From an uncultured Alphaproteobacteria bacterium (lineage in GTDB: Bacteria > Pseudomonadota > Alphaproteobacteria > CAAHEQ01 > UBA3637), in assembly GCA_944392125.1 (NCBI GenBank), contig CALXVP010000001.1, positions 218,533-282,532 of the forward strand: a DNA stretch of 64,000 nucleotides. Direction: 5' to 3'. A model generated the notes under the pieces. That model worked only from the letters and a program-made list of their open reading frames with translations, was not told the DNA's origin and did no database searches. This document shows positions 32,769-42,242 of this stretch, one piece after another (position 1 is the stretch's first letter; every line of letters begins with the position of its first letter). The position numbers and the translations under genes were made by a program.

Positions 32769-33662
32769 TTATTCGCTTTTTTTAAACAATTCGTCCCGAC
32801 GTTCTTTATAAAGTGATAAGCCGGAAGCCCACACAATATATACTGTTAAAACACCGAATGCAAGCAAAATCATCATCCACCACATCGGCATAAAATGCGC
32901 AAAGGCATTTTCGGTTGAGTACCCTACCTGAATCGACGGTGTCGTCATACGGATATACAGCGCAATCCACCATGTAATCATTGACTTTTTCATTGCGGTT
33001 AAAATAAAGCTACCGATAATTAAAGCCGTCCATGGGACTACCAGTAAACGCCCCAACTGCGCAATGGTTAATTTTAAGCGCATAAATAAATTCAAGAAAA
33101 TCACAATGGCGTATGTTAAAAGAAAATCAAAAATCAACGCAACGAACACAATAATTCCCAATCCGATTGTTCCCAATCCAAGCAGACTTTTAACTTTTTG
33201 AATCACAGCAATCGGGCTAAATACGCGATCTTGGAATTGGCTGACTTTCACTTCACGATAAACACCGTTCTTTGTATCAATTGCCTGCGAAATAGCGCGA
33301 ATTTGCATCGGAACGACTCTTTCGTTCGGGCTTTTAACAAAGACCTGTGTTTGCGTTACATACATCATGGCATCCGTGATAAGCGCATCCGGCGTAATAA
33401 AGGATACCGCCGTATTAAATTCCACGGTGCCCAACACCGTCGGTATTTCTTTATCGGCATAAATCGGCGAGACAATTTGCCCATCCAAAACAGTTATTTG
33501 CGCAATTTCTTGCAAACTTTCTTCCAATTTGTTTAATGGATTAAGTGACGCAACATACGTGCCGATACCAAGCAATAATGCAAAAAAACAAGCAACCAAC
33601 AACACAAATCTGAGACCGATTCCCTGCCCTGCAAAAACATAACTGTTAATAATTCTCTTCAT
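32769..33662 (-). CDS. Hypothetical membrane protein
   Basis: About 300-aa ORF with an N-terminal TM, a periplasmic stretch and about 3 C-terminal TMs. Confidence 0.7.
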   Translation of the reverse strand: MKRIINSYVFAGQGIGLRFVLLVACFFALLLGIGTYVASLNPLNKLEESLQEIAQITVLDGQIVSPIYADKEIPTVLGTVEFNTAVSFITPDALITDAMMYVTQTQVFVKSPNERVVPMQIRAISQAIDTKNGVYREVKVSQFQDRVFSPIAVIQKVKSLLGLGTIGLGIIVFVALIFDFLLTYAIVIFLNLFMRLKLTIAQLGRLLVVPWTALIIGSFILTAMKKSMITWWIALYIRMTTPSIQVGYSTENAFAHFMPMWWMMILLAFGVLTVYIVWASGLSLYKERRDELFKKSE

Positions 33663-33773
33663 TTTCTCGCTCAAACAAAATCTAATTAAATTAAAAACAC
33701 CCGATGCCGCTCACATGCACCATGTAAGCATAAGAACATCGATACTTCATTGACCTTATCAGTCCCAAAAATT

Positions 33774-34757
33774 TCAGCTGTCAAATAAACCCCATTCATC
33801 GCTTTCGTCTCCCCCGCCAAACCATGAATTACTTGTTGAGTTATCATCCGAATGAACAGATTGATTCATTTCCCTCATCGGCACCGCATTCATTTTGCTT
33901 TGTTGAGGCACGATATTTGAGGCCTTTCCTTCAAACGCATCTGCCGGAACGGGCATATAGTTACCCCGGCTCACTTGTCCGCTCGGAACCATTGCTCCGT
34001 TTTGCACGGACGCTGTTTGATCATGAATCTGCGGATTATAGAAAGTTGATGCTTGCCCATGGAAAGCATCGGCTGGCACTTGCGCCACACCCGTTGTTTG
34101 ATTGCCAACGGCAGAATTGCTCGCTGTATTCGAATATTGACGATAATAGGTGGCGGAAGCTTTTCCGTCAAACGCATCAGCAGGCACTTGCCCCGATATG
34201 CGTCCGAAATCGGAAGCTTTTCCGCTTATTGGCATCTCCGGCTTTGTAACACTGGAAATTTGAGAATAAGACGTCGGCGCCTTGCCGTCAAACGCATCGG
34301 CAGGCACTCGGCGACTTCCCGAGCGATAGTCTACTCCCGCCGAATCGAATCCATTTCCGTCGGCAGAATCAAATAATCCCGTATCGGCATAGTTCTCATT
34401 ATTTGCTTTTAAAGCAAAACCAGCTCCATCGTCCGACTCGCGCGATTGAATCACACACGCTTGCCCGTCAGCCGACCAATCAACTACCCGATTATCAACT
34501 AATCTGAATCTCATCACACATCCGCGCACATAGCGATATGCCCAATCTTTTTCAATTTCCTGCGAAATGTAAATCAAAATACGTTCATTATCCGATATGC
34601 GCGTGGCTTTTGTAGGAGTCCCAAAGTTTTCATATAAATCGGCAACGGGTTGACCGTAATACACCGTTGAACGAGGCTCTTGCGAATGGACATATTCACT
34701 TGACCCGCAACCGGCCAATAATAACGGCATCATACCTGCTGCAATCCATTTTTTCAT
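33774..34757 (-). CDS. Lipoprotein with four VPADAFxGxA repeats
   Basis: Lipobox LAGC, small N-terminal folded domain, repeat-bearing disordered tail; GGAG RBS. Confidence 0.8.
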   Translation of the reverse strand: MKKWIAAGMMPLLLAGCGSSEYVHSQEPRSTVYYGQPVADLYENFGTPTKATRISDNERILIYISQEIEKDWAYRYVRGCVMRFRLVDNRVVDWSADGQACVIQSRESDDGAGFALKANNENYADTGLFDSADGNGFDSAGVDYRSGSRRVPADAFDGKAPTSYSQISSVTKPEMPISGKASDFGRISGQVPADAFDGKASATYYRQYSNTASNSAVGNQTTGVAQVPADAFHGQASTFYNPQIHDQTASVQNGAMVPSGQVSRGNYMPVPADAFEGKASNIVPQQSKMNAVPMREMNQSVHSDDNSTSNSWFGGGDESDEWGLFDS

Positions 34758-34870
34758 ATCAGACTCCTTGAATCTTTATTCACATATATTTTCTTCACAC
34801 TATCACGCCCTTAAACAAAAGTCAAACTTTCTTTTCAAAAAAATAAAGTTTTCTGTCCGATAAAATCCGC

Positions 34871-34899
34871 TTGACAAAGCCCACAGCGAATCGTATAAC
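34871..34899 (+). promoter_or_regulatory. Sigma70 promoter of queA
   Basis: TTGACA-N17-TATAAC. Confidence 0.65.
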
Positions 34900-34932
34900 C
34901 GAGCATAAATCAATAAAACACCGAGGAACAGT

Positions 34933-35967
34933 ATGAAAACGGATATTTTTACATTTGATATGCCGGAATCTCTGATTGCCGATGCGCCGGCAGAACCGCG
35001 CGATTCCGCGCGATTATTACATATTGACGCCCATGGCGGTTTAACGGATTATACCGTTGCCGATTTGGATAAATTATTGCGCCCCGACGATGTGCTGATT
35101 TTTAACGATACCAAGGTGATACCCGCCCGCTTATACGGGATGCGCGGACAGGCAAAAATTGAATTGACTCTTTTTAAGCAACTGGATTTATCTTGCTGGG
35201 AAACGTTGATTAAAAACAGTCGCCGTTTAAAAATCGGTGATGTCATTTCTTTTACCGATACATTTAACGCTACTGTTTTAAAAAAAGAAGAAGCCGGGCC
35301 CGTTGTGGTGCAATTTAATAAAAAAGGAGCCGAGCTGATGGCGGAATTGCACACGGTCGGCACCATGCCCCTACCCCCTTATATCAAGCGCAAGAGAGGC
35401 GGAAAAGAATCGGATAAGGCCGACTATCAAACCATTTATGCCCGTGCGGAGGGTGCCGTTGCCGCACCGACGGCCGGATTGCATTTCACACCGGAATTAT
35501 TTGAACGCCTGGATAAAAAAGGCATTGAGCGATTATTTGTAACACTGCATGTCGGGGGTGGCACGTTTTTACCGGTAAAAGTGGATGATACGGATAATCA
35601 TAAAATGCACGCAGAGTTCGGGATACTCACGCAAGAAGTTGCCGATAAAATCAATCAAGCCAAGAAACAGGGGCGTCGCATTGTTACAATCGGCACAACT
35701 TCTCTCAGATTACTGGAATCCGCGGCCGATTCAAACGGTATTGTCCACCCGTTTGAGGGCGAAACTTCTATTTTTATCACCCCGGGGTACCGTTTCAAAG
35801 CAACGGATGTGATGTTTACGAATTTTCACCTATCGGGATCAACGCTGTTTATGTTGGTCTGCGCCTTTGCGGGTATTGATCGCATGAAGGAAGCCTACCG
35901 CTATGCGATTGACCATCAATATCGCTTCTTTTCTTACGGAGATGCGTGTTTGATTGAAACAAAATAA
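34933..35967 (+). CDS. queA: S-adenosylmethionine:tRNA ribosyltransferase-isomerase
   Basis: NDTKVIPARL, PLPPYI, AVAAPTAGLHFT, YRFFSYGDA. Confidence 0.97.
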   Translation: MKTDIFTFDMPESLIADAPAEPRDSARLLHIDAHGGLTDYTVADLDKLLRPDDVLIFNDTKVIPARLYGMRGQAKIELTLFKQLDLSCWETLIKNSRRLKIGDVISFTDTFNATVLKKEEAGPVVVQFNKKGAELMAELHTVGTMPLPPYIKRKRGGKESDKADYQTIYARAEGAVAAPTAGLHFTPELFERLDKKGIERLFVTLHVGGGTFLPVKVDDTDNHKMHAEFGILTQEVADKINQAKKQGRRIVTIGTTSLRLLESAADSNGIVHPFEGETSIFITPGYRFKATDVMFTNFHLSGSTLFMLVCAFAGIDRMKEAYRYAIDHQYRFFSYGDACLIETK

Positions 35968-36040
35968 TTACTTCCCAAAACGGGTAATACCTTTTTAAAT
36001 CAAAGTATAAAGGACATTTTGAGGTAAATATGCCCGGAAA

Positions 36041-36529
36041 CTATCTTTTGCCGTTATTATAATGCGCCAAAATCCGTTGTTTTTCACGATTCCAATCGCG
36101 TTTTTTCATATCTTCGCGTTTATCTACCAAATTTTTCCCGACGGCTAACGCAATCCGCACTTTTGCCTTCCCGCGCGGATTAAAATAAAGTTCCAACGGC
36201 ACAATCGTTTTTCCCTTTTGCTCAACGGCACCCATAATTTTATTTAATTCTTTCCGATGCACCAACAACTTGCGCGGACGCGATGCCACTTGTTTCACAA
36301 AACCGCCTTTGGCAGCGCCGTATTCCGTAATGTGAGCGTTTATTAAATATAACTCCCCGTCTTCAACGGAAGCATAACTTTCGTTAATCGTGGCATGACC
36401 GGCACGCAAAGATTTAACCTCTCCGCCCGTTAAAACAACACCGGCTTCAAACGTTTCCAAAATTTCATAATTAAACCGCGCTTTGCGGTTTGTGGCAACC
36501 GACCCGGTTGTAATCAATCCCTTACTCAT
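36041..36529 (-). CDS. smpB: SsrA-binding protein
   Basis: [41 protein letters not shown]. Confidence 0.96.
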   Translation of the reverse strand: MSKGLITTGSVATNRKARFNYEILETFEAGVVLTGGEVKSLRAGHATINESYASVEDGELYLINAHITEYGAAKGGFVKQVASRPRKLLVHRKELNKIMGAVEQKGKTIVPLELYFNPRGKAKVRIALAVGKNLVDKREDMKKRDWNREKQRILAHYNNGKR

Positions 36530-36574
36530 TTTCTGTTTCCTTTTCGGGTATTATAATCAAATCGGGTTATCTTG

Positions 36575-38338
36575 TCAAGAAATCGTTTGAAATGCTTTAA
36601 CAAACGGCAATAAAATCTCTTGCTCTTTTTGAGATAATTGCGGTAAAATCAGAGCCTCTATGCGTTGATGATAGGCTGACAGCCATTGCTTTTGTCGCGC
36701 CGTCAACAAAGAAAAATCAACTAACCGATAATCAAACGGTATCAATAATAAATTTGCAAACACCAATCGCTCCGCTTCATCTTTCGCTTTTTGATTATGC
36801 ATAATTCCTCGTTGATTTTTTGATTCACTCGAACACGTTTCACTCAAACGTATTTCATCCGAATCGGATACCGCCATCAGCATTGTTTCCAACCGAATGC
36901 CATATCCCTCTTTTTCATCATAAAACGCCGGTTCATTTGAAAAAACCATGCCGGCTTGCAAACCGTAGGTATCTTTCGGATGAATAACGGGGGGCATTTC
37001 ATGAACGGCTAACATCATACCAATCCCGTGACTCGTGCCGTGATAATAGTCAACCCCGTCCGCACGCAACCACGCATGCGCCTTGTCGTCTAATTCGCCC
37101 GTTGATTGACCTGTTTGAATGGAACTATCGGCCAAGTCAATATGTCCTTGTAAAACTTGCGTATATCGTTTTTTCATGATATCCGTCGGTTGTCCAATGG
37201 CAATCGTTCGCGTCATATCGGTTGTGCCGTTCAAATAATGTCCGCCCGTATCTACCAATAAAAGCGGAGCACTTTTCAGCGGTAAATTTGAGTCAACATC
37301 AGCCCGATAATGCGCTCTGGCCGCATGCTCGCCGACAGCGGCAATCGTTTCAAAACTATCGGCAAAATAGAGCGGATCTTCTTTTCTTAAACACTTTATT
37401 TTATCATCGCACTGCATTTCATCAATTTGATTTTTATGTTCCTCAACCCATGCCAAAAATCGGCAAATCGTCTTGCTTTCGGATAAACAGGCTTTTCGGA
37501 TATTATTGCATTCCGTTTGATTTTTAACGGCTTTCATTTCGTTAATCATATCGGGCAGATTTTCAATTTTGCACACATTTCTCACTCGTTCATACACGGC
37601 AAGCGGTGTTTGTGTTAAATCAAGCGCAACACGCTTGCCTGTTAAATTTTGTATGCCTGCTTTCGTCAGCGGTTCGTAATGCCCCGAAGAATCCACCACA
37701 CCTCGCTGAAAAATAACGGGATATTCCGGCACCGTCTTTGCTCTTAAATTCAAAAGCCACGAAACATTTTCGGGCGACATAATCATCAATGCATCTAAAT
37801 TTTGCGCTTTCAATCGATTGGCAACGGCTTGCTTTTTGGCATCTGCACTTAAACCGGCATATTGCACATCATACGAGAAAATATCCGTTTGCACGAAATC
37901 ATCATTGCCAAACCAATCCGTTACTCTCTGATTATCCAAGCCGACTAATTTTACTTGACTTTCCGCCACTATCTCCGACATTTTTAAAAACCACGTAACG
38001 GAATGTGTCCACGGATTAAATCCGATTTTCTTCCCTGCCATTTCTGTTTTGAGAAATGCGGAAGGAGTTGTTTCCGACGGCACTTCAAATACCTGAAAAT
38101 CCGTCTGTGCTTTGGCCTGAACGGTATATCGTGAATCCACAAACAAAATATCTTGTGTCGGCGTTATCAAGGCTAATCCCGCCGAGCCGGAAAATCCACC
38201 CGTTACCGTTTGAAGACGCGTTGCATACGGCGGGTAATACTCACCCAAAAACGAATCATTTCGGGAAATCAAAACCCCGTCTAACTCACTTTCTTTTACA
38301 AACGATTTAATTTTTTCATAAACAGTATTTTTTGTCAT
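36575..38338 (-). CDS. Aminopeptidase P family (M24)
   Basis: FSGSAG, FVDSRY, DTGGHYLNGTTDMTRT, HGTSHGIG...VHE, SNEP, GIRLE. Start uncertain (38338 preferred). Confidence 0.9.
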   Translation of the reverse strand: MTKNTVYEKIKSFVKESELDGVLISRNDSFLGEYYPPYATRLQTVTGGFSGSAGLALITPTQDILFVDSRYTVQAKAQTDFQVFEVPSETTPSAFLKTEMAGKKIGFNPWTHSVTWFLKMSEIVAESQVKLVGLDNQRVTDWFGNDDFVQTDIFSYDVQYAGLSADAKKQAVANRLKAQNLDALMIMSPENVSWLLNLRAKTVPEYPVIFQRGVVDSSGHYEPLTKAGIQNLTGKRVALDLTQTPLAVYERVRNVCKIENLPDMINEMKAVKNQTECNNIRKACLSESKTICRFLAWVEEHKNQIDEMQCDDKIKCLRKEDPLYFADSFETIAAVGEHAARAHYRADVDSNLPLKSAPLLLVDTGGHYLNGTTDMTRTIAIGQPTDIMKKRYTQVLQGHIDLADSSIQTGQSTGELDDKAHAWLRADGVDYYHGTSHGIGMMLAVHEMPPVIHPKDTYGLQAGMVFSNEPAFYDEKEGYGIRLETMLMAVSDSDEIRLSETCSSESKNQRGIMHNQKAKDEAERLVFANLLLIPFDYRLVDFSLLTARQKQWLSAYHQRIEALILPQLSQKEQEILLPFVKAFQTIS

Positions 38339-38387
38339 CTGACTTCCCCTGCCTTCCGCTTCTACGCCTTTACCTGCCGACAACGCC

Positions 38388-39281
38388 CTATTCTTTATCT
38401 TTTCCCACAACCAACGTGCTCCAACCGTTAACCCGATATTTCGTAATCAATTTCAGGCCGATATCCGTATGCGCCTTTAAAACCCATCGTTCCTGACGAT
38501 TTAAAAAGCCCGATAAAATGGCTTCTCCGCCCACATTTAAATGATGTTTTAAATCGTTTGCCATATCCATAAGCGGACGCGCCAAAATGTTGCATAAAAT
38601 CAAATCATACGTATCCGATACGTGTTTATATCCCTCACTTTGCCATACGTGCATCAAATGAGCCACGCCGTTTTCTTTGGCATTTTGCGTTGCAACCCGC
38701 ACGGATTCTTCATCAATATCCACCGCATCAACGGGTTGATGAAACGTTTTGGCGTAAGCCATGGATAAAATACCCGAGCCACACCCGACATCCAATACTT
38801 TTTTTGGCACAAAGTCCAAATGATTCAAAGCCTCCAAGCAACCGTGCGTTGTTTGATGTTCCCCCGTTCCGAATGCCGTAGCCGCATCGATTTTCAGCGC
38901 AATTTTATCGGCAGGCGGTTCCTCTTGAATATGCGAGCCGTAAATATAATATTTCCCGATAACAATCGGCTTAAAACTTTGGTAACACGCTTGAAGCCAA
39001 TTCTTTGCGGGCATTTTACGAATATCCGCCGTAATTGGTTGTATTTGAGCCATTTTACAAGCCTGATTGAGTGCCGACCGGACGGCTTGCTCATTCGGTT
39101 TACCTTCAAAAATGGCCTGCATTTCCCACATTCCTTTATCGGGGCCGTGTTCAATCATCACGGTTAAAACCGCCGAGGCGATTTCTTCTAATGCCGTTTC
39201 AAAAACGGGCACGGCTTTGGGTGGCAATAAAAATTTCATTTCATACGTTTCAACCGACGCCATTTCTTCCAACACATCCAT
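38388..39281 (-). CDS. prmA: Ribosomal protein L11 methyltransferase
   Basis: AFGTGEHQTT, LDVGCGSGILS, NILARPL, ILSGFL; GGAG RBS before 39281. Confidence 0.93.
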   Translation of the reverse strand: MDVLEEMASVETYEMKFLLPPKAVPVFETALEEIASAVLTVMIEHGPDKGMWEMQAIFEGKPNEQAVRSALNQACKMAQIQPITADIRKMPAKNWLQACYQSFKPIVIGKYYIYGSHIQEEPPADKIALKIDAATAFGTGEHQTTHGCLEALNHLDFVPKKVLDVGCGSGILSMAYAKTFHQPVDAVDIDEESVRVATQNAKENGVAHLMHVWQSEGYKHVSDTYDLILCNILARPLMDMANDLKHHLNVGGEAILSGFLNRQERWVLKAHTDIGLKLITKYRVNGWSTLVVGKDKE

Positions 39282-39501
39282 TTTTAAACTCCTTTTTTCC
39301 GGTAAATACATTCCACTTGAATCAATTTAAAAACAGTATCCGTTTTTTATCCCAAAAAAGCAAGTTTCTTTTTATGAACGGCAATATTTTCTTTTATCAC
39401 AAGGGTCATCTTTTTGCATAATGCGGCCGAGCGCTGCTGACGATTGATAACAAACTCCCATTGCCTACAACGAAAGAAAATTCGTTTCGCCCTTATAACC
39501 G

Positions 39502-39990
39502 CTAAAAAATCGGATTATATGCCCATTGCAAAAGCGCCTGACGCTGACGTGGGCGACAAGTCATATCCATAACAAAACAATTTTTAAGAATTTGGGCTTG
39601 GTGTCTGCGAAAAGAGCGCCAACGCTTAATTTGAATTTGATCAATTTCGGGTAGCCGACGCCCCATATAATAGCGACAATACCACTGAAACCACCCCCGC
39701 ACGTCGGGCCCGATAATCCAACCTTTTTGTTGCCAAACTTGCAATGATTGGCGCGACTTCACTTGAAAATAATTGCAGTTTTCATTCGGTCTGTCTGATA
39801 ACTTGGCGTTTACAAACCAGTCAGCGGGAAATTCGGCGCGACAATCCGTTAAATAATGCCCCTCAAAAACACCGAGGTTTAACATTTCCTTCGGCGTTAA
39901 TTCCGGTGCAAACAGCGGATCAAAATGTTCACCCATCGGTTCAACACACTCATAGACATAGTTTTGTTGCATTTTATCGTTGACAATCAT
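39502..39990 (-). CDS. Conserved hypothetical protein (WFQWYCRY motif family)
   Basis: PELTPKEMLNLGVF, NYFQVKS, GWFQWYCRYYMGRR, RQRQALLQWAY. Confidence 0.75.
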   Translation of the reverse strand: MIVNDKMQQNYVYECVEPMGEHFDPLFAPELTPKEMLNLGVFEGHYLTDCRAEFPADWFVNAKLSDRPNENCNYFQVKSRQSLQVWQQKGWIIGPDVRGWFQWYCRYYMGRRLPEIDQIQIKRWRSFRRHQAQILKNCFVMDMTCRPRQRQALLQWAYNPIF

Positions 39991-40054
39991 TCACTTCTCC
40001 TCACAATTCAGGTGAGTATTTTGCAACATGATTGCAAGTATAAATTTACGAAAT

Positions 40055-42010
40055 CTATCTCTTTTGTTCTCTGCCTTTCCTGTTTTTCATCACAAGATGA
40101 TACTTGCCGTCCGATTTTTTCTCATAATGTTCCGCTTGGTATTTATCCCATTGAATATCCAGATACTTATCATCAAAGCGGATAATCGTGCCGTAATCCG
40201 TAAACTTACCGAAAGCATCCCAATATAACCTGTTTGGCGAAATTTGGATAAATCGCGCATCCCCAAACATATTCCGTATTAAAATTGTTCTTGGATTAAA
40301 TTTTTCGGGTTGTTTTGAAAATGCGTCGGAATACTCCAAAATAAGAAAACCATCTATATTCCGAATGGAATTTTTTAATTTTAATACTTGTTGATTTACT
40401 TTCGCAACAGCCTCAATTTGTTTCATAAACGGTTTATCAATCAAATAAAAATAATCTTTTGACGGCACAACGCCCGATAAAATCGCCTCCCTTGTTTCAT
40501 TCACCAAATTTTGCGTTTCTGCCGAAGGACGGTTTAAAAAGCCATAATTCACGTTTTTATTCTTCCGAATAGCCCAGCGCCACATATCCCGATAATTCTC
40601 ATTATTGGCAAAAATAAAAATGTTTTGATACTTTTTATCCAGTCTATCCCATTCCTCGGAAATAAACGGATCATGAGGGATATATAATGTTGCAGCTAAA
40701 TTGTGCTTTAAATGATAACCGGGATAGACATCCCAAATTTGAACAGCAAGCAATAAAGGCAAGATTATATAAACACCCTTTGGGAAAGATTGGGCGAGTT
40801 GTTTGATAATAAAAAATGCCAATAAATACCATACCGGCCAAAAAAAGCGACCGGAATAGCGGAAAACACTTCCGAGCCATTCTATCAATGAGCCGGGATT
40901 ATATTCAAAAAGCGTCATCGTTCCGCACTTTATTTGCGGTGATAACGCAAATAAAATAAAGCCGATTACAAGTAAAATAATCAGTATATTCTTTTTAATA
41001 CTTTGAAAGGTGCAATATTTTAGGCTATAGGGAATCATACATACAAGTAAAATCAATAATCCGAGCCCAAAATAATTATCTGAATCAACATCAACTCCCG
41101 GTGTGAGATTTGTCAAAACGCGTGAACTGGTCCACATGGGATTAAATAATGTTATCATATTCAAACTCAACGTGCGCCACCCACCGCTTGACAATACTTG
41201 ACCTGTCGATAACATCCCCAAAAGATAAAACCAAAACCAAAAAACAGCCGTCAGGAATAAGATGCCTTTAACCGCACTCAGTAATTTAGCTTTTTTTTCA
41301 ATCAATACTTGTTGCAGGATTAAAATACCGAAAAAGCCGGCCGTCATCGGCAAAAAATACGGGCATGTTAAAATACCGAGCGTCATAATAATGCCCATTT
41401 GAATCCAGGTTTTCATCGTCAAGCGATTATTCATCCAAAGTAAAATGGCCCATAATAAAATAAAATGGCAGATTAAATTTATATGCGCAAACACACGCAT
41501 CATCATAATCGGCGCCGAAATAAAAAAACAAGATGCTATCACAATCAGAAATTTGTTTTTAAATGCTTTTCTGAAAATCAGCACTGAAAAAACGGCTTGC
41601 AGAATATAACATATCAGCGTCCAAATACCCACGAATTGCACATCGGCCGGCAATCCGAAAAATTTATGAAATACCTTAAAAATCAAAGAAAGTAACGGAC
41701 TGCCGTCCGTCCCATGCACGGAAATACCAAAAGGATACGCTAAATTCGTATGCATCAACAACGGCCAACGCCATTCATCCAAGCGATAAAATACACTGCC
41801 GAGGTATGAAACCGTAAAATCACCGCCCGCATAAACAAAGTTCGTATCATAAACATTCAACACCCGAAAGCCGAACAGATACAAAAAAGCCAGCACGGTA
41901 ATAAAAATCGTTACCGTTAAATCAATCTGTTGCCAAAATGATGCTGTGAAATTATCTATTTTTTTAAAAAATGATGATTTTGTTTGAGTAAAATCCAAAA
42001 TGTGTCTCAT
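40055..42010 (-). CDS. Polytopic membrane protein, DUF6311/GT-C-like (paralog 1)
   Basis: YRLDEWRWPL, GTDGSPLLS, FRYSGRFFWP; more than 10 TM segments. Confidence 0.7.
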   Translation of the reverse strand: MRHILDFTQTKSSFFKKIDNFTASFWQQIDLTVTIFITVLAFLYLFGFRVLNVYDTNFVYAGGDFTVSYLGSVFYRLDEWRWPLLMHTNLAYPFGISVHGTDGSPLLSLIFKVFHKFFGLPADVQFVGIWTLICYILQAVFSVLIFRKAFKNKFLIVIASCFFISAPIMMMRVFAHINLICHFILLWAILLWMNNRLTMKTWIQMGIIMTLGILTCPYFLPMTAGFFGILILQQVLIEKKAKLLSAVKGILFLTAVFWFWFYLLGMLSTGQVLSSGGWRTLSLNMITLFNPMWTSSRVLTNLTPGVDVDSDNYFGLGLLILLVCMIPYSLKYCTFQSIKKNILIILLVIGFILFALSPQIKCGTMTLFEYNPGSLIEWLGSVFRYSGRFFWPVWYLLAFFIIKQLAQSFPKGVYIILPLLLAVQIWDVYPGYHLKHNLAATLYIPHDPFISEEWDRLDKKYQNIFIFANNENYRDMWRWAIRKNKNVNYGFLNRPSAETQNLVNETREAILSGVVPSKDYFYLIDKPFMKQIEAVAKVNQQVLKLKNSIRNIDGFLILEYSDAFSKQPEKFNPRTILIRNMFGDARFIQISPNRLYWDAFGKFTDYGTIIRFDDKYLDIQWDKYQAEHYEKKSDGKYHLVMKNRKGREQKR

Positions 42011-42242
42011 ACAAACACTCCCAACAGTTGATTTGATAATGTTAAAAGATTTTAATTATCATGTAAATAAAAAACTCACGGGCATATACACAACTTAAAA
42101 AACCTCTTGTTTAACATAGAAAACTTAAACATTGGATTATGCTATTCAAGCGGAACAGCATAATTCCACGAAAAACATCAGGCAAATATATCAATCATAA
42201 CGGAACAAGACCCCAAATGAATTGCAAATGCAACCGATGGAA

